DNA from: Octopus sinensis
Taxonomy: Eukaryota
NCBI RefSeq assembly: GCF_006345805.1
Contig: NC_043001.1
Coordinates: forward strand, 74,152,001 to 74,216,000
Reading direction: 5' to 3'
DNA length: 64,000 bases
The position numbers were made by a program, and so were the translations under genes. The notes beneath the pieces are model-generated. The model made no database searches. It was given only the letters and a program-made list of their open reading frames with translations, and was not told the DNA's origin. Every line of letters begins with the position of its first letter. Positions within the stretch are counted from its first letter, which is position 1. Below, piece after piece: positions 13,879 to 26,179 of this stretch.

Positions 13879-14148
13879 CATTGGTATTCAATAACATGGT
13901 GGCGAGCTGGCAGAAATGTTAGCATGCCGGGCGAAATGCTTGCTGATATTTTTGTCTGTCTTTACGTTCTGAGTTCAAATTCTGCCGAGGTCGATTTTGC
14001 CTTTCATCCTTTCAGGGTCGATAAATTAAGTACCAGTTGCATACTGGGATTGAGCTAATTAACTGGACCCTCCCCCAAAATTTCTGGCCTTGTGCCTAGA
14101 GTAGAAAAGAAAAACATACATTAACAATGAAGTCACTTTTGATAAAGT

Positions 14149-14365
14149 TACAAGGGTGTACTGAAAAATTCCTAGCTTTTGGTAAAAGAAAATACAGGAT
14201 GATCAGTTAACTATGATTTTATTCAACATATTCACCACCCAGTTTCACACACTTATTGCAGTGGTCCTCCCATTTTCCTAAGCCCTGTAAAAGAACTCAG
14301 AAGGTTGGGCCTCTAACCATGCCTTTCACAATGCCAGAAATTTGGAAATTCCAGCACCCCTTGTA
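14149..14365. mobile_element. mariner-type MITE
   Basis: TA|caagggtgtactgaaaaattcc ... ggaaattccagcaccccttg|TA. Confidence 0.7.
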
Positions 14366-15298
14366 CATTCTCCAGAATTCATCATCTTTTCAATGGATAG
14401 AAGTGAATTTGGTATAGCCTTGGTCAACAAGCAAAGCAAATGTAAAAATTATATATATATATACATATGTTATTGATCACACATTCTCAATGCATGCATT
14501 TTGTTTGTTTGCTGAATTCACTGTGAGAGTGTGTTTGGGGACAACCCCTGTTAATACAGATTATTCTGTCAAATGTAATGCTTTTTTGTTCACATTGTTT
14601 TTAATTAATCCTGCCTTATTTTGTAGCTTTGAAATTATGATAGTGTGATTATATATTGAAGGGTAGGCGTAGTAGGTTGGAATTTGGTTGACTTGAACAT
14701 AGATAGGTAGCATATTTGGGCAAGATATGGCCAGTTTAAATACGAAAGGGTTAAAGCACCTGGAAGTCATAGACAGTCAAGATATGTTTTGAATTGAATT
14801 CAGGAGTGATGGATACTGATATTTTACTATTTTTTTGACAACATCATGTACCTGAATCAAACGGGGAGATGAATTTAATGACTAGTCTATGACTATATGT
14901 AAATAGGGTAAGAACTATTTGCTGATGTACCATGGCAATGCACATGTAAGATTAAATTCAATAATGAATTAAAAGCAGTGTTAGTGGTGTAAACATGATC
15001 AACCAGACATACTCATTGTATGTGTTTTGCTAGTTTACCAGATTCACTGCACGATAATGCTTGGATATGATGCTTGTTAACATTTGAAAGTCATAATATG
15101 CAAGACAATTTAGTTTGGATTGAAATCATGAGTGATTGATACTGATGTTCTGCCATATTTCAATTCGAGGCAAGTTGCTTAGAAACAGGTGAGGGTTGGT
15201 GACAGGAAGGGTAACATTCCATAGAAAGTCTGCTTCACTGAATTCTATTTGACTCCTGCAAGCATAGAAAAGTGCATATCAAAACAGTAATGATGATG

Positions 15299-15335
<37 letters not shown>

Positions 15336-15764
15336 AGTTCATGTGTGCTTGGCACCACCTCAAGTATGGGAGTGGTACTTAATTCTGAGTCGTTTTTGAG
15401 CTTCGTTTAGGGTCAGCACTGGATTAGAGCTGAATTACTTCTGACCTTCAAGAAGAAGGCTAGTCTTTGGGATGTAGTTTTATGATGTGGAGTTATCAGA
15501 AAAGACAATTAGAAATTGTGACATCTAGTATATGTAGTAATTGTAAAGGTTTTAATTTTGTGTTTTCCATGATTAGAGAGTGTGAGGTATAGACTGTTTC
15601 CTTGATGTGAAAGATATCAAACAATTGTGTCCCCATTAAAACCTGTTTACAAAGTCTCTGTTTATGGACATAATAAACTGTCACCTAAATTGCGCAAAAA
15701 TGAAAATAAGACTGACATCTCATTTTAACAGATAGGCAGATGTTAAATGATGATGATGATGATA

Positions 15765-16523
15765 TTTACCAAAATTACATAAAAATATCTTGAAATAATA
15801 AAGAGTAAATTTATTCCATAAAATCACCATTAGCTTCAACCATGGCCTCCAGATGACTTCTGAATCTCCTGCAACTCTTCTGGATGGTCTCCTTGTTTAA
15901 GCTAGTAAATGCTGCCCTAATCCTTGCTTTCAACTCATCTTTGGTGTTACAAGAAATTTTGTTGGGCTCTCACTTAACTGCACCCCACAGATGTTAGGGG
16001 TGATGTGGTTGCAGAAATTGTCTGACAGCCATGACTGGGTTCTCCTGCTTGTATGGCATAGTGCAGAGTCCTGTTGCCAGACATAGGGTGTTCCAGCAGC
16101 CACCCTCTTGACCCAAGGCAGCACTAACTCCTCCAAGCACTTGATGTAGGCCTCTGTGTTGAGTTTGAGGTTGTGTAGGAAGATGAATGGAGACATAACG
16201 TCGCCATCACTAGTGATCACTCCAAACACCATGATGTTGACTGGATGTTCTCAGTATATGTCCTCAGATTGCACTGTCCTCAGATTGACTCACAAGCACT
16301 CTGAAATGTTTGTTTGTTTTGGAGCTTCTGGTGTGAATGCCAAGCAGTACAGCATATCGTTTCCAAATTTCTGGCAGAGTGAATTGCATCATGGTGCTGT
16401 TTTTCTCACAGATGGTGCCCAACTGACCCTACTATACTATGTAGTCAATGAAATCAAAAACAAACAATGCATGTGCATGAAATTAACAATATAAAATGCC
16501 AACAATTAACCCATTGCACCCTG
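15765..16523 (-). mobile_element. maT/DD37D-type Tc1-mariner transposase relic
   Basis: MVFGVITSDGDVM.PFIF..LNTEAYIKCLEE.VLPWVKRVAAG.PYVWQQDSA.CHTSRRTQSWL; 5' end reads TA|cagggtg. Confidence 0.85.
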
Positions 16524-16556
<33 letters not shown>

Positions 16557-17051
16557 TGTAGTTACTGATGCAGATAAACACACTTGGGTGTGATATATAG
16601 AATATACATACATATACGCATGTGAATATATATATAGGAATATGTATATAGAGAAATAAAAACTGAAAATATTCAGAAGATGAACACTCGTGTTTAAGCA
16701 TATAAATATTTATATATTTTTATATAGTTACAGAACAAATTTACATAGAATTAAGAAAATACAGAAAACTAACGACAGAAGGCATGTTATTTCAAATCTG
16801 ACTACAAGTAGTTGTAATGTTTATAACTGGCAGATGCAGTGTGCAAAAAGTCCAAGATATGCAACCAGTAGAGGATATAAACGTTATCTTAAAATATATA
16901 TGTATACTTTAATATTTTGCTTAGTCATTGTGAGACTAATAACCTGGTGTAGAACTCAATAAATGTATAGCCCAGAACATAATGTATAGAGTGATAATAG
17001 AAAACAGAAATGACACTGGAAAAACCAAATGTTATGTAATGAACTTCATTA

Positions 17052-17131
17052 CCTTATAGTTGTTTCTCTTGTAAGATGTAGTGAGCTCTTAGTTGAGTAC
17101 CAGGATGACATCCTATAATTTCATCAGAGCA
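17052..17131 (-). ncRNA. Degenerate antisense hammerhead twin
   Basis: Minus strand gct-CTGATGA..taggatgt/acatctta..GAAAC-AACT-ATA; cleavage triplet mutated. Confidence 0.45.
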
Positions 17132-17182
17132 TTCAATATGAAGTGCACTTTATTTGATAAATGAAGTGCACTTCATATTGAA

Positions 17183-17256
17183 GGCTCTGATGAAGCTATA
17201 GAATGTTATCCTGGTAGTCAACTAAGAGTCCATCACAGCAGAAACAGCTGTAAGCT
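17183..17256 (+). ncRNA. Type I hammerhead ribozyme motif in the oaf intron (sense to oaf)
   Basis: ggct-CTGATGA(17187-93)..GAAAC(17241-45)-AGCT-GTA-agct; stem III ACAGCTGT is palindromic; stem II partly eroded. Confidence 0.65.
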
Positions 17257-17640
17257 AACGAAGTTCATTGCATAACGTTTGGTTTTCTGATGTCATCTCT
17301 TTGTTTTCTATAAATATATATACACACATACACATACATGCATGATAGACTTCTTTCATTTTCTGTCTACCAAATCCACTCATAAGGCTTTGGTCAATCT
17401 AGGGTTATAGTAAAGGACACTTGCCCAAGGTGCTGTGTTATAGGACTGAAACCAGGTCCACATGATTAGGAAGCATGCTTCTTAACCACACCGCTGCACC
17501 TGCTCCTATGTTATCAAATGTAAAATGTTAATAATAAACATACAGAAATACTTTTACCATCAGTGTTTTTTTTAAGAGTTTATTTTCTCATTAATATAAA
17601 TTTCTAATTAATGAATTAATTTTTGTTGTTATTTGTTTAG

Positions 17641-17775
17641 GAGATCCAGATATTCCGAGCTGTTGTGCTACCTGAGGAGGAACAAGGACAAACACAGCAC
17701 CAAGTCATGTGTTTTGTGATGCACTACTTAAAGAATGAATTCATTTCTTCTGATGCCATGTCCAAATTACGTCAG
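17641..17775 (+). CDS. oaf: Out-at-first homolog, first in-window coding exon (EIQIFRAVVLPEEEQGQTQHQVMCFVMHYLKNEFISSDAMSKLRQ)
   Basis: tttag acceptor ends 17640, GT donor at 17776, 135 nt in phase 0-0. Translation matches the recalled OAF motif (IFRAL.LGE.E.GQ.Q.Q.LCF...E.I.S.AM.KLRQ). Confidence 0.92.
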
Positions 17776-17914
17776 GTTAGTTCTAATCATGTTTTGATTG
17801 TTTCCCTATAAAATATCACTAATTTTACTTAGAATATTGTAGTGTAAGCACTTGGTTGGTTCTTGAACAGTTCAGTCATTCAATTCTCATTGTTTTTATT
17901 AGGGACAAGGATCT

Positions 17915-18150
17915 ATAGGTGCAGATGTACATGTGTAAGTGCAGGCATGGCTGTGCAGGTGTGACTATAAGTGCAGGTGTGACTGTATAGATGCAGGCAT
18001 GACTGTATAAGTGGAAGTGTGACTGTACAGGTGTGACTGTATGGGTGCAGATGTGATTGTAAGGGTGTAGGTGTGACTGTATAGGTGCAAGTATGACAGT
18101 ATAGGTGCAGGTGTGACTATATAGGTACAAGTGTGGCTGTGTGAGAATAG
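17915..18150. repeat. Degenerate minisatellite of about 18-20 bp (ataggtgcaggtgtgactgt)
   Basis: Seen directly. Confidence 0.8.
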
Positions 18151-18300
18151 ACATGATTGTGTAGTTTAGAACTTAGCTTCCCAAACACATGATTTGAGGT
18201 TCAGTCCCACCATGTGGCATTATGGTCAAGTGTCTTCCACTATAGCCTAGAGCTGATCAAAGCCTTGTGAATGCATTTGGTAGATAGAAACTGAAAGAAA

Positions 18301-18346
<46 letters not shown>

Positions 18347-18693
18347 TTTGTATACATGTGTGTGTGTGTGTGTCTCCTTGTTTTTGCATCATATAATTAT
18401 TGCAAATGAATGTCATTAATTTCCAATATTATGTGAAAATATCTAGCTATGTGTTGATGAGTGAATCTTTGTTAACCACTTGAATGGCCTGGATATGAGG
18501 TAGGATATCTGTCTGTATAGTCCTAATTTTGCAGTTTAATGTAAAGGTATGAATGTCACAACATTTAATTTTCCCACTTTCTTATTCTTAGTTAAAAAAA
18601 AATCACTATTTATCTCACATTTGTTATTTGTTATCTCCTGAAATCACTAATATCCTTGAAAAGTAAAGAAATGTTTTTTTAATTTTTTTCCAG

Positions 18694-18871
18694 AAAAATT
18701 CCAGAGCAATTCGTACCCCAGAAGATGACAAGGGTCGAGAGATCCACAATCACGACCTCATCATTTACTTAGATCAATCCCATTTAATCAGTCCATATAT
18801 TTATAATATTTGCCGAGATGCAAATGACAAGATTTTTGCGCAAGATGTTGACCTGAGAATCATTTCCCGTT
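18694..18871 (+). CDS. oaf: Out-at-first homolog, middle exon (KNSRAIRTPEDDKGREIHNHDLIIYLDQSHLISPYIYNICRDANDKIFAQDVDLRIISR)
   Basis: ttttttccag acceptor ends 18693, gtaagt donor at 18872, 178 nt, phase 0 to 1. Continues LRQ|KN and keeps the frame into the last exon. Confidence 0.9.
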
Positions 18872-20261
18872 GTAAGTAATATCATTATTTGTAAACACTT
18901 CTGTATTGCATTTTTTTTGGTACCCTTTAACTTCCATTTAAGATACAATACTACTTTGGACTGCATCAGTCAACCAGCCTTGAAACACATGATATTACAA
19001 GAATTGTACTAACATTGTTTACACTCATTTTAAGGGAAGTAATGCAAGGGAGAAACCTCTAAACCCTTCTTTTATCATTCGTGTTATGTAATTGGATCAT
19101 TACAAGACTTGGCTGTGATTAAAATACTTACTGTATTTACTCAAAGTCAGAGGGCAAAGGCTAAAATTATAAAGGGTAAACATTTTGTACCTAGATTTAA
19201 CGTTAAATTGTTGGGTGCAACTTGCTACAAGTAAATATTGATAACTCTAATTGGCTAAGTCCACCAAACTATAAATAGGTATCATAGCTGGTATAGTTCT
19301 CCTCTCTAAGCTATAACCTCATTGTAGTTCATGATTTGAAACCCTATTGTGAGAAACATTAATTGTGATATAGCAGCATTGTATTTAAAAGGAAAGTTTA
19401 TCTCTCATTGATGTCTGGAATTGTTGAGTATTTGGTTCTGTAGATCTTGTTTATATGTTTTATACAGCAAAACATTAGGACTACAGGAATCAATGCATAT
19501 GCTTTAAAGATGGCTGTAATGTTCTATTTAAGAAACTGTTCTTAATGTTTTTTGTTCTTTTAGTCAGGAGCAAAGGCAATGTGAATGATCCTTTACAGGA
19601 CCACTGAAACTGATGGGTGGGAGGGAGGAAGGAAGGTATACTCAAACTGGAGACCTGGTCTGAATGTTTACAACAGAGTGGACTCTATTAAAGGTATCTG
19701 AGGTGGCAGGTGATGGAATAAGTCTACCATCTGAGTAGGCTATGATGGGACTTGAACTCAGAATGCAAAAATCCAGAACAAATACCACAAGGCATCTGCC
19801 TTGACATTCTTATTGTTTTGCCAGTCCCCTTCCTTCGATTGGTATTTTTGTATTGTCCTGAGAAGGTAAAGCACAAAGTTGACCTTGATGTGGACTCAGA
19901 ACACAGAGGGTTGGAAGAAATACCACAAGGCATGTTTCTGACACTTTAATGACTCTGTCAGCTCAACACCTAAATGTTTTTAAAATTATCTTTCTGCTTG
20001 CATTAACTCTTTAGCATTTTGAACTGGCCATATCTTGCCAAAATATTCTACCTTTTTGCCACACTTCTTGGCTATATATTGGCAGGCACAAGCATGGCTG
20101 TGTGGTAAGGAGCTTGCTTCTCAACCTCAAGGTTCTGGGTTTAGTCCCACTGCATGGCACTTTGGGCAAGTGTCATCTATTATAGCCTTGGGCTGACCAA
20201 TGCCTTGTGAGTGGATTTGGTAGATGGAAATTGAAAGATGCTTTTCATATATATATATATC

Positions 20262-20470
20262 ATCATCATTTAGCGTCCACTTTCCATGCTAGCATGGGTT
20301 GGACGGTTCAACTGGGGTCTGTGAAGCCAGAAGGCTGCATCAGGCCCAGTCTGATCTGGCAGTGTTTCTACGGCTGGATGCCCTTCCTAACGCCAACCAC
20401 TCCGTGAGTGTAGTGGGTGCTTTTTACGTGCCACCCGCACAGGTGCCAGACGGAGCTGGCAAACGGCCAC
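20262..20470 (-). mobile_element. Short RTE 3'-end fragment
   Basis: Closely matches 39320-39520. Confidence 0.85.
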
Positions 20471-20568
20471 AGACGGATTATGTAGATAGAGGAAATTTAT
20501 CTATAAAATAATATGTTACATTACTCAATAGTCAAGTTTTATCTTTACTATTGAGTAATGTAACATAT

Positions 20569-20611
<43 letters not shown>

Positions 20612-21577
20612 TACATACACTTACACATGTATATACAGACATATATATGTGTATGTCTGTGCTTGTCCCCCACTACCGCTTGACAAGTGTTGGTATGTTT
20701 ACACCCTCATAATTTAGCAGTTCAGCAAATAAGTCTAGTAGAATAAGTACCAGACTTCAAAAAAAAAAAAGGGCTGGGGTTGATTCATTCAACTAAAAAT
20801 TCTTCAAGGCAGTACCCCAATATGGCCACAGTCTAGTGACTGAAACAAGTAAAAGATAAAAATTAAAAGATACCCGATTTATGTTCAAACTGGCCAGATC
20901 TGGCCTCTCACACCAAACCGATAATGCTATTCTAAACATAAAAAATTTCATCATTGAAATCTCATAGGTATGAGATAATGCATCATTAATTGAAAGCAGT
21001 GTGAATAAATATGCCTTACATTTGACAGACTAATCTGAATACTAGAGAGTTAATCTAAACTATATTTTGATACAGTGAAGGTGCATGGCTCAGTGGTCAG
21101 AGTGTTGGGCTTACAATTGTGAGTTTGTGTGTTTGATTTCTGGGCCAGGCTGTCTGTTGTGTTCCTGAGTAAGACACTTTATTTTCACATTTACTTGCTG
21201 TAGAAATGAATTGCAACATCACTGGTGTCAAGCTGTATTAGCTTTTGCCTTTCCCTGGGACAACATCAGTGGCATGGAGAGGGGAGACTGATATGTATGG
21301 GCATCTGCTGGTCTTCCATGAACAACTTTGCACAGACTTGTGCTTCAGAGGGGAACTTTCTAGGTACAATCCCATGGTAATTCAAGACAGAAGCATTTTT
21401 TTAATATTTTAATATAAATTTATCATTTTAATCTTTTGTTCCTTGTCTAGTTTTAGGCTAAGATTCCACTTCATAACCTAAATGTTTTTAAACTATCTTT
21501 ATATTTATTTCCATATATCTTTAGATTATACTTTAATCTTGATTTACCATTTTTTCTTTCTTCTATTCCTTCTCCAG

Positions 21578-21852
21578 CTTTAGGGAAAGATTACAATGTA
21601 ATGAAGTCTGCCACCAAACAGTATATACCATCCAAATATCCCCGATGTCGGGACATATCAGACTCTTTAAAACCATGTTCCTGCCAATTTGAAATCTGCG
21701 TTGGTTGGTACCCATGTGGCTTGAAATACTGCCGTGGGAATGATTCCCTGGGACATTTGGTCAGCTACAGATGTGGTATCAAAACATGTCGAAAGTGCCA
21801 TATCTTTAAACATTATGAAATGCAGAAAACCAATTGCATGTGGGACTACTAG
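21578..21852 (+). CDS. oaf: Out-at-first homolog, terminal coding exon with Cys-rich C-terminal domain (..PRCRD..KPCSCQFEICVGWYPCGLKYCRG..YRCGIKTCRKC..CMWDY*)
   Basis: Polypyrimidine tract plus ccag ends 21577; phase-1 join T+CT gives Ser; stop TAG at 21850-21852. WYPC.LKYC and Y.CGI..C are recalled OAF hallmarks. The three exons total 588 nt in frame. Confidence 0.93.
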
Positions 21853-23086
21853 ATACTACTGCAACACTTCAGTGCACCTTACTGCTGCTAACCAGTGTTT
21901 CCAGTTTTGATCCTGTAATTCTTTATACACTGGTGATAGTGCCTTCATCTTGGATTTTTTTAAGAAAAAAAGAAACAAAACATTTTTGTTTGTTGGATTG
22001 AGGAAAGAAAAGACTGAAGAAAAAAAAGTCTCAGAAAGATATTGTAAAAAGTAAAATGGAAAAAAATTGGTTATTTATAGTTTTTCGTTGCTCTTCTGTG
22101 TGAATGTCACATGAGGAAGAATTATAAATTAGATACTTTATCCATGTGTGTGTGTGTGAGAGAGAGACAGACAGACAGAGAGAGTGTGTTTGTGCAACAG
22201 TTTCTGTATATATACAAACACATGCATATATGTCCACAGATATATATAATGTACCTGCATATATGAGATGTACAAGCATGTTCATTAGTGTGGGTGTGTG
22301 TGTGTGTGTGTGTGAAAAAAAAGAGAGAGAGAATGTGTGGTTTTATTTGTATGCAAGAATTTCTATACATTCACACATACACACATGCTCTTGTCCACAA
22401 GTATATAATGCTTTTGCAAATATATAACATGTACAAACATGTTCATTAATGTGTGTGTGTGCATATGTGTGTGCATATGTGTGTGCATATGTGTGTGTAT
22501 GTGTGTGTGTGTGTAAATATATTTATATGTGCATGCTTGCATTAATATCTGCATACATGCATACATAATACACATATATACATATTTTGAGCAATACATA
22601 CATGCATGTATTTATGCATATATATATATAAACATATCTCTACCTGTTTTTTTTTTACATATGTGCATCTCCTTATATGCATGTGTATGATTCTCTTTGG
22701 ATGGCTCTATGTCTTCTGTATATATGTATGTATGGTATTTGCCTTACAACTTCAAAAACAAGTCAGTTTTTTTTAAAAAATTTTTCCCCTGTTACTATTT
22801 ACCTGTTAGACTAGACCAAAATATTTATATTCCGCTGGTGGTAAGTAGGTTTTTTTACTTTCTTCTCAATATCAACAACAATCAGTGTCAACTATTGTTT
22901 GCTCCATTGGATAAATTTTTAGAACTGTACACTGTTAATGTTTCCCCTCCTCCTCCTCCTCCTACCTCCTTTCTCATTCTTTACCTCCCCCCATCCCTTC
23001 TACCTTCTCAGTATTCTTTTTTTTTCTCTGATTCTTTCAGGTTTATCTTTTACTAATCAATTTCAGTAACAAAAAAAACAACAACA

Positions 23087-23092
23087 AATAAA
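23087..23092 (+). promoter_or_regulatory. Candidate oaf polyadenylation signal AATAAA
   Basis: First AATAAA I noticed after the oaf stop (about 1.2 kb 3' UTR); positional inference only. Confidence 0.3.
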
Positions 23093-23164
23093 CTATTACA
23101 TTCTTAACTCAGGTTCTAACAGCTGTACATTATCTTGTACAGCATGTTTATGCAAATTAGACTT

Positions 23165-23520
23165 TAGTATACACCTCATGTGGTGGCTTAGTAACACTTT
23201 GGTTATGCTACATGTAGTTGCCGAACTAGGTTTTGGTTATGACTCATGTTGTAGCTGAGTAAGACTGGTTGTGTCACATGTTGTGGCTCAGTAAAACTTG
23301 GGCATGATATGTGTCATAACTAAGTGAAAGTTCAGTAATGCCTCGTGTAGTGACTAAGCAAAACTTTAGTCATGTTACATGACAAAACATGATTTGGTCA
23401 TGGCACATGTGGTAGCTGAACAATACTATGGTCATACACATGTCATGTCTGAGGAAAACTTAGCTCAGTTATGTTTTCATAGCTCAAACCTAGTTCATGT
23501 CACATGTAGCAACTGATTAC
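23165..23520. repeat. Degenerate minisatellite of about 33 bp (catgtggtagctgagtaa..ttggtcatg)
   Basis: Seen directly. Confidence 0.65.
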
Positions 23521-25950
23521 AACTCCTCATTAAAAAAAACACATCCACACACCCAAAACTGAGTCTGCCACATGTTTCTATAAACTATCATTAAATTTTA
23601 ACATCACATGTACTTGATCAAATCTTTGTATATGCCTCATGATTGTTTCACAAGCTGACCTAGTTTAAGCTTATCTCCCTTACCCTGCATGAAATAAAAG
23701 TATACCTTTGTTTATGCCATATGTTTCTATAAGATTCTCTAGACTCTTCCAACCACCAACAATTGTCTGTTGTTCTACATTAAAGACATTTATCTCCCCT
23801 GCTCTCAGTGGCTTCAACCTTCTTGACCTCTCTTGGTTTTATCATTCCTTCCACACTAACTGTCACAGCTGATGTAGTGATTGAATGTTTTGCTATTCTG
23901 AACTGTCAGCACCGGTTAGTGCCTCTGCCCTACCGCCACCTATCAGTATTCAATTCCATGATCGATGTACCAACACATTAAATCATCCCATATCCATTTT
24001 CTCACCTTCAAATTCAGCTCTTATTCTGTTGATACTGTCATGGCTCTGACCCCACCTAATGAAGGCAATCCACTTCATATCTTCCTACTGTACAACACAC
24101 ACACCACTGCAAACCTTTGGTATTTCTAGTTAACTACTTGATCAGAGATCAACTCTCTATTCGGATCACCATTGGTAGCAAATGTGCTTGCCTCTAACTG
24201 AGATCATTTTCTTTAGCTATGTTCTTCTATAAGCCAAACTCACTGTCCTCAAATCCCCAAATGGTTCACTTGTGGCTGTGTTGCATCTTTACAAGTGAAG
24301 AATTCTGTTAAGCAAATTTGGTAGAAATCATCCAACATCCACTACTGCAATGCTTATCAGGAAAACAAAGGATGCTTTTTGACATTCTACAATCTGTAAA
24401 GACGTTCACATCTCAAACTGTTGCTTATTCTTCTGGTCGTTTGTCAAGATGGACTTTCCTGCCCATCACTCCTCTATGAGCACTGGTTCTATACTTCCAA
24501 TGATAAAATATCCACATTTACAGACTATTTTTGCTTCCAACTGCAGTGGGAATGAATTCTCTTTCTCCAATTCTCTTTCTCCTTACCATCTCTTTCACCA
24601 CCATTTCAACTCTTACCAAATGGTAAAAATTTCTTTACTTTCTCCAACTCAAGAAAATGGCTAATCCTTGACAGTGATCATCCCATCATTCTCAAAGTAT
24701 ACACTCTACAGATAAATTTTTAGCTTTTATTCCAACTAAATCCTTATTATTTTTATCACTTTAAGTTTCTCACTCCCTCTTAAGTTATCCACACCAATAG
24801 TGAGTGTCCCTTCAATCTCTTTCTTTCTCTCTCTAGTGGCCAGGACTATGCTATTGATTCTTGAATCTCTCTCTCTCTCTCTCCCCCATAAAGTGACCAC
24901 TGCCACCACCCCTCTGGTGTCTCTCTCAACCTGATGTGTCCACTTCTGTGGGGCTATCCTCTGAGTTTCTGTCTTCCTCCCAACAGTAACCACCATTAGC
25001 ATATCTCTCTCTCACTCTTTAAGTGATCACCTCTTTCTCACTTACTCCTAAATGACTACCGTCAACCATACTGGTGTCTGTCAAGTCTCTCTCTCCACTC
25101 CTAAATGACCATCACCAACTATGGTGATATCTGTCATATTTTTCTCCCTTTCCCTACTAGTGTTTTTCAAGTCTCTTTCTCTCCACTCCTGAATGACCAT
25201 CACCAACAATAATGGTGTCTCTCATCTCTCTCTCTCTCTCTTTCCCTACTAATGTCTTTCAAGTCTCCTTTTCTCCCCACCTACAAAGTGACTGCCACCA
25301 CTCTAGGGTGACTCCACTATAGTGCTCTTGTGAGTTCCACTCCTCTTTCTAAGTGTTCACCATTTTGGTGTCCTTTGTGTGCTACTCCCCATCCTAAGTG
25401 ATCACCACTCAGTGATTATACAGCCAGATCTAGGGGAGTTGGGGCTTGTTCTATATCACACACCAATGGTTTTTCTTTGATGGTTTGGTGATGTCTTCTG
25501 TTATTCCTTCTGTACATTAAAGCAGTTACTTCCATTTACACACACCTACTCAAAAGATATCCCCCTTTTATTCCCTTACCCTTTACTCAACCCACATGCA
25601 TGTATACAAACATAATTCACACACAACATGGACACCTCATGTCAGACTTGCTCTGTCCTTTTGAATACTTTGTCTCCTTCAACAGCAACAAGGCACAATC
25701 ATTCTCTCTATATATATATCAAGGAAACTGTCTTGTATTTATCAGTCTTTACATGTCAACAACACGCGATTAAAGCCCTCAACTCCCTTCATATGCTAGG
25801 TCTCTCAACCTATTATAGGAACCTTGCACACACACACGCGCCAATGCTAAAACTACATTGCTAAGTTTTTCTCCTCAGAGTAAAAAGAAATTAGTTCTTA
25901 TCAATCAATGACCCGCTCTATAACACTCCAAATACGACTATATTGAAATG

Positions 25951-26179
25951 CTACTCTTAAATCTGGAGCAGTGTTTCCTGCTGTACATACGTAAACATCT
26001 TTGAGCACAGCCAAAATACATGCACCTTGAAGTACTACTCATTAATCTGGGGCAGTGTTCTTACTGTACACACACAAACATCTTTGAGCACAATCAAAAT
26101 AGGTTCACCTGGAAGTACTGCTCAGAGATCTGGGGTAGGGTTCCTGCTGTATACATACAAGCATCTTTGAGCACAGCCT
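25951..26179. repeat. Tandem repeat of about 84 bp, 2.7 copies
   Basis: Units at 25951, 26035 and 26118 share catctttgagcaca. Confidence 0.9.

Larger units (their letters stand above)
16997..17311. repeat. Imperfect palindrome of about 315 bp, centre near 17156
   Basis: caatatgaagtgcactt vs aagtgcacttcatattg; gttatgtaatgaacttc vs gaagttcattgcataac; atagaaaac vs gttttctat. Confidence 0.9.
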
